A stretch of DNA of 64,000 nucleotides, taken from positions 13,702,001-13,766,000 of the forward strand of contig NC_045138.2 in NCBI RefSeq assembly GCF_008831285.2, given 5' to 3'. Numbering within the stretch: the stretch's first letter is position 1; every line of letters begins with the position of its first letter. Under the pieces are notes generated by a model that was given only the letters and a program-made list of their open reading frames with translations, was not told the DNA's origin and searched no databases. This DNA is from Nymphaea colorata (Eukaryota). Both the position numbers and the translations under genes were made by a program. This document shows, piece by piece, positions 10,659-22,500 of the stretch.

Positions 10659-13397
10659 TCACTCTTGTAGATAGGGGCTAGCAAAACAGGCTAAACATTA
10701 TAAGCCCATGTTTTTCATGTCTTAATATTCTGCTTATTAAGGCTGACGATTAAGGATAACAAGTTAACAACTGTTGCTCCTGTAGACAGGGCCAAATAAA
10801 ATGGGTAGACTTGCGAACGTTCAGCTCATTGAGGCTGAGGGCTGAGTACTAATGCACAGAAAGATCACTTTTTTCCATTCTTTGCAATTTTCATGTTTTG
10901 CTCAATAGGAAATAAACTTAATAATGTGATGTAAAACAAGTTTACTGGTTGCTTCCCATGGAAGCTTGATGTTATCAGTTACATTTTTACATCAAGAAAA
11001 CACAATCCGTCGTTAGCAGATAAGATACGCAAGTGAATTGAGTTAATAAAACATGCACCTATGATATCTCTGTTGATCTTTATCTTCAGTGCAGGATGGT
11101 GATTTTGCCTTCTTTGTATTATGCTTCATTGTGTTTGCCAGTGAGACAGCCTTTGTTGGCTGTCTCACGCCTACACTTGACCTTATACTTTAATATTTTT
11201 TCCAGAGGACACATGCAGTGCTCAATCCACACACAGCTTCATGTTTTATTAAAATTTTAGAAAGCCAAGGACATGTTCTATTGGAACTTGTGCCATTTCA
11301 AGTATTTGCTCCAATTTGCCATGTTGATTGGGATCTTAGACTTCAAAGAAACCCATTTTTCTTATACCACATTTCTTGTTTCTCTTCGTAGCATTCTGAA
11401 TCATGGTTTTTTCCTACTAGGCCCTCTGCGAAGAGTTGACAAAGAAGGCTGCTGACCTGTCATTAGAAAACAAGAAAATAAAACAAGTAAGAATCATTAC
11501 TCATTTTTACAGCTTTGATATGTATTTTCTTATTTTATGTTGGTGGGTCGTTGGTTGCATGTCTTTAAGTCTTGTAGTTTGTTGATGTCTATGATAATCC
11601 TTACCTTTCATTGTACGACTAGATGACATAGGCACGCCCATCAGGGACCTACATGTCCCGTTGTCAACATGTATGCAAGCATAGTTTGCATCTCATTCCA
11701 TTATGACATGGATATGTGTGCAGGTGCATGAATGGTGTGTCTGAATAAGCAGGTTGGACCTGGTTCAAGAATGATGCACAGATAAATATAACATCATGGC
11801 ATCACAAATGATGAAGGAATATAAATTGAATTATTTTGACAAGTTTGGCTTGATGAGATAAGATCATGTAAGCAAGTAGATGGACATGCATGCATTTTTT
11901 TCTTGTCCGTTCTTTTTTGCTCTTTAGAAAAGTGGGGCTGATATATCTTGTATTGCAATATGAAAATTGGCTTACATATCTACAGTAAAATGTCATGTGA
12001 TGCTTATAATGCTGTTTTCTCTTTCAGTCACGTGTAGTGATTTTTTAGGATGTCATTTCTGTTCTTGCTGCCACAATACTTTCAGTGGTGATCATGAAAT
12101 TTCTATAATACCAATTCATTTGGGAAGGCAATTCTCATTTTAGATGAGTGCTTTTAAGCACCTGTCTTATCATTGGCTTTTCTTGAGACATGGAACACAG
12201 ATTCATCTTTCCTTGAAAGCCCGAGGGTAAACATTCTTAATGAAAAGCCTGAGGCTTTTTTTTTTCCCTAATCTTATCTACTGCAATTTGAACAGGAAAT
12301 CGAGTTTGCCATGCAAGAATACCTTTCATTAGTTGACACAAACAAGCGACTGAAAGAGCAGGTAATTAACAAAATGCTCTGCAGTACATCTAATTTGCTT
12401 AGGTATTCGTGAAAGCATAGCACTGTTATGAAATGGAGCAAGTCAACTAAAGTAGGGCCTTTCTAATTTCTGTTCAGGTTGAGATACAAACTTTTAGTAA
12501 GAAATTACTTTTGATGCATCTACTTAAGCATTCATCTTTTCTTCTGTCTCCAAATCTACCATTTTGTAGATTGCAGAGTCAGATAAGTATGAAACGAAGG
12601 ATAATCAGTCACATGATATTAGGAAAGATCCATCAGAAGATTCCTTGTGCAAGGCAGAAACTGCAGCACCTTCATCCGTGCAGTTTCCCCTTCTAGTTTA
12701 CAATGGAACACCATTTGCTCAGTTTGCATGGCCATCAGTACAGCCACAACCTGTTCGTTTTGAGACAAGCCTGTCTGCAACTTGCACCACGAATCCGCCT
12801 CATGGAAGAGTTACTTTTGGAGGACAGAATGGATCCAGGCCCCAACTATTTCTAGTTCCTTGCCCATTAATATATTCTGTGAATGATCAAGTCTCCTGCC
12901 CAATGCCTGCCATTTTCAGAGAAGGCGATGGTGGTTCAAACAATACCCAACGTGAGACAGACCTCTCCCTGAAGTTGACGGGAGACATTGGACCAAATGC
13001 TCTTCATGGCAAAACGAGCGCCTCCAATTCAATGATAAGCATCATTAAGAAAGAAGACAGGAATGGTGAACTAATGGAGAGGGCAAGTGCAAGCTTGGCA
13101 GAAGGAGGAAACCACGTATCTGGTTTTCACTCTAAAGCTCTTGCCCTCATACCCATCGTTGGAACCAATGATCCCTCAAACCATGAGAATTTCGTCTTGG
13201 CAGATCTAGATTCGAAGGAACATGTTTCTCCCCTGCCTCAATGTTCAATTCTTCGTTCGTCAACACAGTTTCAAGATAAAAATAAATATAATAAGAGATT
13301 GACAGATGCGGCTGCTGCAACTGAAGCCAGAAAGAGAAGGAAAGAGCTCACAAAACTTAAAAGCCTACACAGCAGGCAACTCAAGCTTCAGTGTTGA
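7197..13397 (+). CDS. bZIP62: Atypical bZIP transcription factor (bZIP62/group J-like)
   Basis: Exons 7197-7595, 10198-10374, 10440-10517, 11421-11486, 12296-12361, 12570-13397, all phase 0 GT-AG. Basic region EKEERRLRRIQANRESARQTIRRRQ, zipper ALCEELTKKAADLSLENKKIKQEIEFAMQEYLSLVDTNKRLKEQI, C-terminal AAAATEARKRRKELTKLK motif. Extra exons within the long intron 1 cannot be excluded. Confidence 0.88.
8029..8225 (+). repeat. bZIP intron-1 segment duplicated at 40598-40780
   Basis: GGCGTTTTGGATGAAGATACTCCGTCGCATCAC...GAGTTATCCTGAAACCCTTTGCAATGGCCAAACTTTAAGATATATAGTTAATA is near-identical in both places, same orientation, with one short indel. Confidence 0.9.
8979..9541. mobile_element. Degenerate non-autonomous DNA transposon in bZIP intron 1
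   Basis: Imperfect TIRs CAGTGGTGAAGC / GCTTTGCCACTG with AT-rich interior; no recognisable TSD. Confidence 0.4.
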
Positions 13398-14290
13398 GCT
13401 GCAGAGAAAAATTTTAGCAGCATAACCTATTCAAATTTTTTGGACTAATCCTGAGCATTGGAACTGCTGTTTTTTTTGTCTGGTGCCTCATGTCAAAAGA
13501 CCTAAGCATCGGATTGTGTAAGACGTAATCTATGTAACAAGAAATCAACTTTATAGACAATGATGAGCCTCTCGGGAGATCAGTGCCTTGGGCGATACTT
13601 CAAAATTTTCTTATAGTAATAGGATTTAGCTTTTCTTTGATATGCCAAAGGGATGAAAATCGATTGAAGTGTACAAGTTGCAAGAACAGTTGAGCAAGAA
13701 CTGCATGTATTAATGAGGTCCGGCACGCGATGTGGTCTGTGCCATTGTTTACTGTTTTCCTGTATGATTATCCAATGTTTCTTTCCATTACTTTAACATG
13801 GTTGTAATCAGCGTTTTCTGTATTTTTCTAGCAAGGAATGTTTCTGTACTTGTAGATTCTACTTTTGATTGTCCTGTTTTTATTTTCTTCTGAAGTACTT
13901 GATCGGCAGACACGAAATTTAAGGCGCACGACGAGCTCATCGGGCCATGCCAACCGTTTGTAAGAGAGAAAATAAGAAATACAAAATCAACAAGATTTTG
14001 TCTGAGCAGCATGATCTCGAGGTCGTTTCTAATTTCCAACGCCCAACTGAACAAACAGCTTGGAATTTGAATACCTGATTTGCTTCTAAGCAAACAACGG
14101 GGTTCGCCTTTCAGATGCTCCATTTCCATGTATTGCCAAGATATAAAGGAAGAAGACGATCAGAAGCAAAATTGAAAAGAAAGTACCTTAGCCTTGATTA
14201 TGAGTTTATTAAGTGCTCCGCCTGTCGGTGACAGCTTTATTAGTTGGTGCGTCCAACCCAAGCGAACGACGTTGAGCGTACGCAGCCACT

Positions 14291-14503
14291 GGCAACTGAG
14301 CATTGGCCGGGTCAGCCCGGCCCATTTAAAATTAAAAAATAAATTTTTAGTTATAAAATAAATTTTTTTAATATAAAATATATTTATTAATAATAAATAT
14401 ATATTATTAAAAAAATTAAAAAAATATTTTTTTAATCTAAACGGGCCGGGCCGAACTGACCCGGACCCGGTTTTTTCTGGCCCAAGCCCGATGCCCAGCC
14501 TTA
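14291..14503. mobile_element. hAT-type MITE, degenerate left end
   Basis: Right end GATGCCCAGCCTTA and the shared AT-rich core; TSD not retained. Confidence 0.7.
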
Positions 14504-15253
14504 ATTCCCAATCGCAAAGAACCAGCAGTTGTTCAACCGCAGCATCTCATTGAGCAACACACATCAATATCATCATCCCAGTTGTGTGAGTTTCATGCTT
14601 TCACAAGCTTTATGAACCCCGATTGGTTATTTGCAGTTGTTTGATGTTGATATTGGTGACGCTCGTTGCTAACATCAAATTTTAGGTTTAAACAGCCTGA
14701 TCAGCTTGACCCACGTTAATAATGGGCACGGTCGCAAATGTGCACTTGACATGAGATGGCAACTGATATTTTGATAATCTAGTACATGTAGTAGCCATTA
14801 TATGCACATCTCAATTCAGATGCATTTGGGGAGAAATCTTGCACTACTAATGAGACAACAAAGAGGAAGGTGTAACAGACCCGGTTGATGCATCTTTGGC
14901 CGTAAGGATTATCCTTCCGCACCAACACGACGTTTAAGTGCTCCCAACCAACATCGGCATGTAGAATAGCCTGAGGAGCTTGCTCCCTACCAACCCGACG
15001 TCCACACCACTCTAAAACTATTAACAAAGAAACAGATTCAGGATATTGCAAAAAAATGTCCTACCTACTATATTGTTGATCGCTGAAGTTCTGTGTCCAC
15101 CTGTAGCAGCTGGCATCTCCAGTAACCAGATCATTTGCTTTTATGTGGGCCGTGTAACATATACACACAGACACACGAAGTAATTATCAAATATTTGTAA
15201 ACTTTTGAATAAAAAAAAATATGTTTTTGTTATGGCTAATATTTTATGTTAAA

Positions 15254-15416
15254 AGGGTGTTTGACACAAGTAACAAATTGTTACTATCCAATGAAACTAC
15301 ACAAAAAATTGGGCAGATTCATTGAACTCTGTAACTGAGGGTTTTATGAATCTGCCTAAATTTTGAAACTGAATCATTGGATAGTAACAATCTCTTATGA
15401 GTGCCAAAAGGCAGCT
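15254..15416. mobile_element. Palindromic MITE (Tourist-like)
   Basis: Perfect 17-bp inverted repeat TTGTTACTATCCAATGA (15278-15294) / TCATTGGATAGTAACAA (15374-15390), inner GGCAGATTCAT/ATGAATCTGCC pair, GGGTGTTTG-type left end. Boundaries approximate. Confidence 0.6.
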
Positions 15417-16716
15417 AAGGATCCAAAAGTTAACAGTTCCAAACGTTTTCAACTTATAAAATCCTATCTTTAGGTAGGCCGAAAACCGTCAACTCTTCTT
15501 TTAATATTCAATAATAATTTCGAAACATGGAGATCACAACTGTATCTGCCCACATGCTCTCGATCCGCATTACCCAAATCATTCAATTCAAAACGTGATA
15601 GAGAGGCTATTCTACATGCCGATGTCGCCGCTGTACCAACATGCATGACTACCAAAACGTGACAAGAGCCTCCACACATAAAGGATGTGCAAGATTGTAG
15701 TGGCGTGGATTACCTTCTCCCGACACTCTTTTTTGAAGAAAACTGCACTTAAGTCAAGAGATCATTATCTGGCTGATAGTTGTAAAACTCCGTGGCTAGT
15801 ATCCTTGCCATCAAAGCACATATATACATGATTCGACCTGGACTCGTGCAGAGAGTTAATGTCCATAAGTGCCGCTGTCCGTCTAACACCCGTGGCCTGA
15901 CTCTACTTTGCCATCCCCTTCGGGGCACATTTAAGTGCCTCACGACATTCATGGTCGCACCAAATTGAAGAACATTTATGCATGAGATTAGAGGATAAGG
16001 GCTCTAAACCAGTCGCATATTTTAGCTGTGAAAGTTTACTATTGTATAAAGAATCAGTTATTCATGTCAAGAATCAGTTTTCCTTGCCAATATATTCTAA
16101 GAAAAGTTGTCTATATCGAAGGGATTGACTTTTCCTAGTTGAAACACCAGCTGATTATGTAGATCTGTAAATAGCTAGGATTGACAAACATCCAAGTTCT
16201 CAAGCCTTAGGGGTCATTGACACTTGTCACTATGTGCAAGACATAATTCACATTGAAAATGGGTTTCTAATTAGTTTCCTACTATGCTTACCAGCTAGAC
16301 TTTTTCAGAAAGGCTTTAGAAAAGCATTTTATTTTCAGATCAGAATTAGATTAATCTTTTTGCAAGTTCAAAGAAACCGGGCCATCGCTCGTTCATCTAA
16401 CGTCAAGTAGAAGAAGAAGAAGGGTCAACTGCGTTGAAAGTTGCCCATTCAAGATTGCTAATACTTCAAGAAGCACCTCCAATCTCATCAAAGGTGCTGC
16501 ATCAGAAACCAACAAAGTAGCAACCCCGTCGGATCAGGTGCCTGTCATTTACACAACTTGGTTCAAGGATCATAACAAGGAAAGCAATAACTTCACTAAG
16601 GAAAGAAATGCACACTAGAGTTAGAGAATTCGGTTAAAAAAATGTCACCTACGTTCTCTTCTATCTCTCAGTCTCAATAATGAATGTCGAGGGGAGAAAT
16701 TCCCTTAAACATTGAT

Positions 16717-17090
16717 TGTCACGTTACAATGCCAGTAGGTTTCTGATCATTTGGGCAGCGTACACAATCCACGTCGGAACATGCATTAAGAGATAGGTAA
16801 TTGGATGCTCGAATGAGTAAGCCAGATTGAATGGTACCTTTGATGTACCATGAGATACGTTTTACAGCAGTCCAATGCTCCAATTGTGCTTTCACAAGCA
16901 GATACGATAATTCTGGTCTTGTGAAGGTGAGCTACTGGAGAGCTCTAACCATGCTGCGATATTGAAAGGAATCGTGATAAGATGTTATTTCTCCTTGACT
17001 TACGATTTTGGAAGGTGTCGTCCCTTTTCGAGTACCAGTTTCTAAAGAATAATGATGCATATAGCAAAGTATGCTTCGTGCTGGACACTA
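16717..17090 (-). mobile_element. Decayed Ty1/copia retrotransposon RT/RNase H fragment
   Basis: Minus strand reads FQYRSMVRALQ*LTFTRPELSY...EHWTAVKRISWYIKGT...LNACSDVDCVRCPNDQKPTG, matching copia YRSxVGxLQYLTxTRPD / HWxAVKRIxRYxKGT / SDADWAGCxxD motifs, with a stop codon. Confidence 0.8.
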
Positions 17091-17661
17091 CAAAATAGAC
17101 TTTACATTACATATATATGCTGTCAAGGTTACATCTACGGGGTTAATATTGTGAAAAAAACTTATTTATATTTCCCGAATTAAATAGTCGTTGAAGACTC
17201 CTGCTGGACAGCTAGTTTCTGGTTTTCCTCCATAGAGGTCACGTCTACGCAGTTCGTTTCGAGAAAGTCACTTCTGCGCAACTTTTATTTTTGTCTTCTA
17301 AAATCACAGTCCTCAAAATCATCCCCAAATCTAAGGCCAAACTGTCCTTTTAGCTAAATTAACAGTTCTTAACTGTAAAGATGGATTTTTCCAAGTTTTA
17401 GAAATGAAGGAGGAATATGAGGCACGGCCTGAGAAAAGAAGGAGAACCTTGAAAAGATTCATAAAAAGGTCGGATCACTATCGAGAACCATCATGCACAA
17501 ACCAAGAGTGCATGTCACTGAATAGACAATATTCCCCTGCGTGGCCCCCTTACACGAAAATACCATTAAGGACCACACATGAATCATAATGGGTGCAGAT
17601 TTATTTACAAACAGAAAGCCAATGCGGGGCTTTTAGTAGGGACAAAAGGGGTAGTTTGTTT

Positions 17662-17941
17662 TAATGGTGGCCGGCTCGGCCGGGCCTGATTGGGCTAGGA
17701 AAAACCAGGCCCAGGCCCGATAGGCCGGCTCGGGTCAGCTCAGCCCAACCTGGTCCAGTCCGTTAAGAATAAAAAAATAATTTTTTTTTAATTTTTTTAA
17801 TAATATATATTTATTATTAATAAATATATTTTATATTAAAAAATTATTTTATAGTTTTAAATGGGTCAGGCCGAGCTAGGGCCGAGACCGAGCTACCGGG
17901 CAGGGCTCACCGGCCCGGCCCAATGCCAATGCCCACCCTTA
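17662..17941. mobile_element. hAT-type MITE
   Basis: Perfect 8-bp TSD GTTTGTTT (17654-17661 and 17942-17949); right end ATGCCCACCCTTA; shared core. Confidence 0.85.
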
Positions 17942-18343
17942 GTTTGTTTTTAATGAAATTTTTGATTGGAATAAAAATATGGACGATATTCAAGAGGGTC
18001 CTGCTGGCTTGCAAAAAAGGCCATAAAAGTTCTAAAAGAAGATAGAAACTCGAAGGCTGATGTCTAGTCAGAAATTTAATGATCATACGGGCAGAAATTC
18101 TCTGGTCAACGGAATAACAAGCAATAACTTTGCATGGCAATGATTTCCAAGTGGGTAGCACGTCAATGTGGTAAGGCGCACGTTCCTGAATCTGAGTGAG
18201 GGCAATCCAGCGGTGCTGCTACTCCAACCACTATAAATAGATGAATGGCCCTTAACAGTAGGACACATCCAATTGGAAGCCATTGCCCCCCACTAGCCAA
18301 TTGAGAGAGTTCGATCTTCCATCCTTTTTTGTTGCAAAAGAAT

Positions 18344-19572
18344 ATGGCTTCCGCAAACGTCCCGGTTGCTCGAGGCCTCCTCCTCCTCCTCCTGCTCGCC
18401 TTTGTTTTTGTCGAGATCGCATCTGCAACTCCACCATCTTCTACGCGCAAGAGAGTGAGGTGCAGGCGCCACGAACCTCAATTTGGGAAATGCTACATGG
18501 TCGAGCAGATCTGCCCTGACGCTTGCCCCACCACCTGCAAAATGAACTGCCACACCAGTCTGCCGTAAGTCGGTCATTATTAGTTCAGTATCAAAGGAAG
18601 CTATTCACATACGTTGTGTTGGTCTCTCTCTGTGCAGGTTGCGACGAGCCTGGCGCTGTGTGCGATGATCCCCGCTTCATCGGAGGGGATGGCATCACCT
18701 TCTACTTCCACGGCAAGAAAGACAAGGACTTCTGCTTGGTGTCCGACACCAACCTCCACATCAACGGCCACTTCATCGGCAAGAGGGGGGACGGCATGAA
18801 CCGAGACTTCACATGGGTCCAGTCCATCGGAATCCTCTTTGACGAACACAGGCTCTTCATTGGTGCCAAGAAGGTGAACCCCCATTGAGCAACTCTTATC
18901 TAGCTAGCTCTACGTTCAAAATGAACGGATAGCCCGCCATGCACATAACTACATAAGCTGCATGGCGCTGCGGAAAAGCAGAAAATTAACTTGCTTATAT
19001 TGGACGATTATATTGACGCAGGTCGCTGAATGGGATGATGCGGTTGATCAGCTGGCCATTGCCTTCGACGGCGAGCCCGTCTTCCTCCCCGCCGCGGAGA
19101 ACGCTCAGTGGTCGAGTAGTGCCGCTGCATCTGCTCTCACCATCTCTCTCGCTTAGACGCACCGGCGAATGAGGTCGTGGTCGAGGCACCCAACAAGTTC
19201 AGGATCATGGTCAAGGTGGTTCCTATCGGCAAGGAGGAATCTAGGGTCCACGGCTACGGCATCACCAACGACGACTGCTTGGCTCACGACTTAGGCTTCA
19301 GGTTCTACTCCCTTACCGGCAGAGTCAATGGCGTGCTGGGCCAAACCTATGCGGACAACTACAAGAGCAGAGCTAAGATTGGTCTGAAGATGCCGGTGCT
19401 GGGAGGTGACCGCGAGTTCCTCTCTTCGGGACTCTTCGCCACCGACTGTGCCGCCGCAAGGTTCACGGGCACGGCGTCCGGCTTGACCGTCGAGGGAGCC
19501 GTTCGTCCGGGCGAAGACGACTTGGTGTGCAAAACCGGGTTCAATGGCCGTGGCATGATCTGCAAGAAGTGA
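18344..19572 (+). pseudogene. Root cap / LEA-related secreted protein, copy A, frameshifted
   Basis: Exons 18344-18564, 18638-18873, 19022-19572 are homologous to copies B/C. Inferred 8-nt deletion at the end of exon 1 (TGCCACACCAGTCTGCC vs the paralog C-x-x-C-K-P-V-C coding pattern) makes the exon end in phase 2, giving a stop at 18666-18668. There is a +2 CT slippage at about 19144-19150 (stop 19154-19156) and a lost codon (AHDL vs AHLDL). TATAAAT at 18232. Confidence 0.82.
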
Positions 19573-22500
19573 GCTCAAGAATGTCTTTCAAAACCTGCAC
19601 CCCTTAGCTTATTTTTCTTTATCTTCACATTGAATAAAAAAAAAGGCAGGTGAAAGCAGAATTCTTGGGCTGTTGTGGGTCTGAATTATTCCAGTCACCT
19701 TTTCCCGTCATATGTTTAATCAATAAATTGACTTCTTTTCTTTCTTTCCTTTTTTCACCCAAAATTGTTATGGACTTGCGAGGTTTTTTGTTCTTTTTTT
19801 TTCCAACTCATCGCATCCAAGCCCCGAATCTCTTTCCGTCGGCTAACTCAATCATAGTTAACCTAATTAATATTATTAAATAAATGACAATTTAATATAT
19901 ATGTATATAATATATATACATATATTATATAAGTGATTGAACAGCTTTCACCCAATGTCTTGAATTATTAGAACGATTTAACAATTTGTATAATTTGTCC
20001 CACGGTCTATTTCAGAGGCATCACAATTAATAGTTCACATTGAATCATGAATTAACGGCACAAAGAACATACTTTTATTTTCAGAAAGCATGGTCTCGAA
20101 CACTATTCTAATTAACAGAAAAACGATGTTAATTTATACATATTTAGCAAACTAGTTGTTTTTATGCCTAAGGTACACAATGTAGACGAGAACTTGAGGA
20201 ACATGTTATTTAGTTGACATACTCTTAAAAGAAAAAATAATAGATTGTGACATCCCATCATCTGAGACAATCAACAATCTCTTTCCATCTCTGTTTATTG
20301 AATGTTCAACTATAAGCATTTAAGAAGCTATCGTAAATATGAATCATACGGGCCCAATTATTGCTTATTAATGCTGCCCAAATAAAATGTTAAGGGGACC
20401 CAAATTAAGTTGGTTTCGTAGGGGGCCGATATTGTTTAAACAGCTAACTTTCGGCCGATACGGCCCATATCGACCAATATACCGATAATATATTGTGGTT
20501 AATTTTTTATGCCTGAACAAAAAAACACTTAAAATTTTGCCAATAAGTCGATGGTGTATGTTCTAATTTAAGTAATTAGCCTACTCTCATTGGTTGGGTT
20601 TATGACCAACTTTTGAGAGATTGAAATGCAGAAAAGACTTCTTGATTGATCCAATTTTGCTGAGTGAAGGAGATGATTACGATCCATAGCTTGGAAAAGG
20701 GCCCAAGCCCCCTTGAATAATTGTTCTAATTTCTCATCTAGAGAAAATATGTGTCCGCCGAAGGATTTAATTAATTGTTTTTATGTTGTTTTCGAATCCG
20801 TTACAAAACGAGTCGCATGGATGTACGTGCGAGCCAATAAATCAAGCTTTTATTCAAAGATTTATAAATGCAAGATTTCAAGTTTGAGCAATATCTTTCT
20901 CCGCCTAAGGTTAAGACGGAAAGACAAAATTAATGTCGGCCCACACAAAATCTCAAGGTTCTTTGCATCTTCTCTTGGCACAAATTTATGTTTTGACGAA
21001 ATTGATTCAGATGATATGGTTGTCTGTAGAGATCATGGTTAACAAACTTATGACTTGGACTTCGATCGACTGAAGATTAGGAGACCGGGTTAAAAAGTTG
21101 ACTCGGTTGGATTAGGCCTGAATTTTATAGTGTTTTTCTTTTTTTTTAAAAAAAATGAAGCATATACATATATATAAGTCTGTCATGACTTTATATTTGA
21201 TTTTTGATCAGCTAGTTAAACTGAATAACATGTAATATAAGTATTTTTATATTTAATAAATTTTATGATATTTCACAATTCGAAAAATAACAAACTTTTA
21301 GATTCGGGAATGTGCGACAAAAAACAAAAACTTGTAATTAGTTGACGTTCAGGAGCATGGGAGGATGTAACAGAGTAATCTCCAAATTGTAGCATAAACA
21401 GCATACTGTAAATCTTAACATAATTGATAACGTACACATTCTCCACAAATTGTTAAGAATTAAGAAACGGATCCTATAGAAGTGCTGTGAATCACCGGTA
21501 TAGACTAGGTTTCGGATAGTACATCAAAACCTTTTGCACAGGTCGTAAAGCTCTTTTTTCTTAAATTGTTTAGTTAATGCAGATGAATTTCGGCGAATGG
21601 ATGTATGTAACTATGTAGGTTGTTATGCATTTCATAAATGTTGGTAGGGAAGAACTCGAGAAGCCAATGCTTATGGCACGCCTTCATTATTGATCGGCGT
21701 TAGTCTAAACATATGATTAATTATTGACTGCTTTCCTTTTTTGGATTTACTGATATATATATATATATATGTTTCTTTAATCTTTTAATTATTAAAATAA
21801 AGTTGTATGAGAACTTGTGGATTAATTTGGATTAGAGATTATGCATGGCTTAGTCAATGATGTCAATTTCATTTCATGCATTTCAGAAGCATCCTTGCTT
21901 TCGCTGTTACATTCTAGAACATCTTCTGCACTGGATCGCCCTCAAGCAGCTATCAAATGTCAGGCAATGAACTTCTGAGAAAGGTTCTTGTTGAACTGCT
22001 TGTTTTGAAAGTCCAGTTGTTATTTATTATCTGTCAAATGTTATGCGTTTTTTAATTGTTTTTCCTAATTTATTTTCTTTGGATGATGAGGCCACGAATT
22101 TTTTTGGAGGATTACACTGTGCAAAAGTAAAACTCAAAGAAACAAACAGAAGTGCGTGCAAGAAGCGGGCTTCAACTCTTGTTGAGGCCCTTGAAAAATC
22201 AATGGCCGAGGGGTGCTAATGCTTAAATAAGAAAATGAAGCTAGGGGACGATGAATGTAAATAAGCAATTTGTGCAGGCAGTTATCCACATACTCATGCA
22301 TTTGCCTCCCTCACTAGTCACTGGTTCATATAATATCTCTTATTGATGATCCATTTGATTTTGTGACTAAAGAAAAAGACTATCGTCTAAGCGTGACCAT
22401 TTTCTCATAATTTCAGAATGAACCTTGTATGTTTTATCGGTGCAGAGCTCACTTTTGCTGAACATTATAGGTTTCACATCCTTCTTCATAACATTGCTGG

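Noticed and set aside
18548..19156. The -8 and +2 frameshifts in root-cap copy A sum to -6 and might compensate
   Set aside because: The shifted frame hits TGA at 18666-18668, long before the second indel.
21650..22300. Exon-like patches in the interval between root-cap A and B
   Set aside because: No continuous frame or recognisable motif; cannot be supported without a search.
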